Shown here in pieces: positions 63,246 through 64,000 of a stretch of DNA of 64,000 bases (position 1 is the stretch's first letter; each line of letters starts with the position of its first letter). The stretch spans positions 39,246,001 through 39,310,000 of the forward strand of contig NC_043014.1 of assembly GCF_006345805.1 (NCBI RefSeq), given 5' to 3'. The notes below the pieces were generated by a model. That model was given only the letters and a program-made list of their open reading frames with translations. It was not told the origin of the DNA and ran no database searches. This DNA comes from Octopus sinensis (Eukaryota). Made by a program: the position numbers and the translations under genes.

Positions 63246-63701
63246 GGATCTTTTCCTTTTGAACGGCACATGTCAACACAATTTCGGCAATTTTAACCAA
63301 TCGCTGGAAGTCCATTTAGGTAAACAACATTCCGTGCTGTATGAATATGTCCCTCGTTTAAGAAACAGATGGGTTTATTTACATTTGCAAAGAAAAAAAA
63401 ATACCCTTCCCCCACCCCTAACCCTAACTCTAAAATAGATTGAAATGCAATAGATCGATACTAGGGTAATAATTATGGGTGACAATTTCATACGACACCG
63501 CTACGGAAAATGGGTTTTTTTTGTAGCAGTGTCAAAAATGCTTGAAATTAAAGTGGAAATATGTTACAACATATAGAATTTTCTCAATAAAGCCAAGAAA
63601 AAATGATGCTTTATAAACACATTTTACCAGTATACGAAGTTTAAAAGTGTTTAGTTAACTAGAAATTGTGTTGACATGTGCTGTTCAAAGGGAAAAGATC
63701 C
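63246..63701. mobile_element. Third, rearranged member of the GGATC MITE family
   Basis: About 40-bp TIR ggatcttttccttttgaacggcacatgtcaacacaattt; TSD ggaacttt / ggaacctt (7 of 8). Confidence 0.88.
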
Positions 63702-64000
63702 GGAACCTTTGTTGGAAATAAGGTTAGCAACAGGAAGGGCATGCGGTTGTAGATCTGATCACTAAGTTCTGTTTGACCCATGCAAGCGTGGGAAAAAAAA
63801 AAATTAAATCAATGGCATCCCCCAGTTCGTATGAATGAGATTTATCTATTTATTTATGTATGGAAAATAAAATTATCAATAGTAACATTTCAATTCAAAA
63901 TCATATCTTTCTAAGGAAGATTCACATCTCAATAAAAGGAAGAAGTGCGACTGGATATACGTCTTGTTCTATTTGCTAGGTTTGTGACTTGATTTGCGAT

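Overview
AT-rich, microsatellite- and transposon-dense eukaryotic DNA. The repeat repertoire (tRNA-derived SINEs, RTE and CR1 LINE 3' ends, Penelope-like elements, long TA/TG/TATG arrays) points to a coleoid cephalopod, probably Octopus; this is inference from recalled repeat families, not a database search. Only one protein-coding gene is recognisable: an intronless N6AMT1/HEMK2 (50599-51261, minus strand) in a CpG-rich stretch, bracketed by two inverted copies of one MITE. Nearly all other ORFs in the track are translations of microsatellites, SINEs or LINE UTRs. Several things merit follow-up. (1) At least six Penelope-type terminal fragments carry minimal hammerhead-ribozyme-like cores with palindromic stem III. 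(2) There is a recurring set of long near-perfect foldback palindromes (arms about 50-145 bp), several next to or built from Penelope-type termini, and one split at its apex by an RTE insertion. (3) A 105-bp templated insertion copied from 3 kb away sits inside a TTAA MITE. (4) A 1.82-kb tandem duplication is present. (5) Several orphan candidate exons and two long, nearly TE-free 3'-UTR-like tracts suggest unannotated spliced genes. All alignments were done by eye; coordinates of degenerate repeats are approximate.
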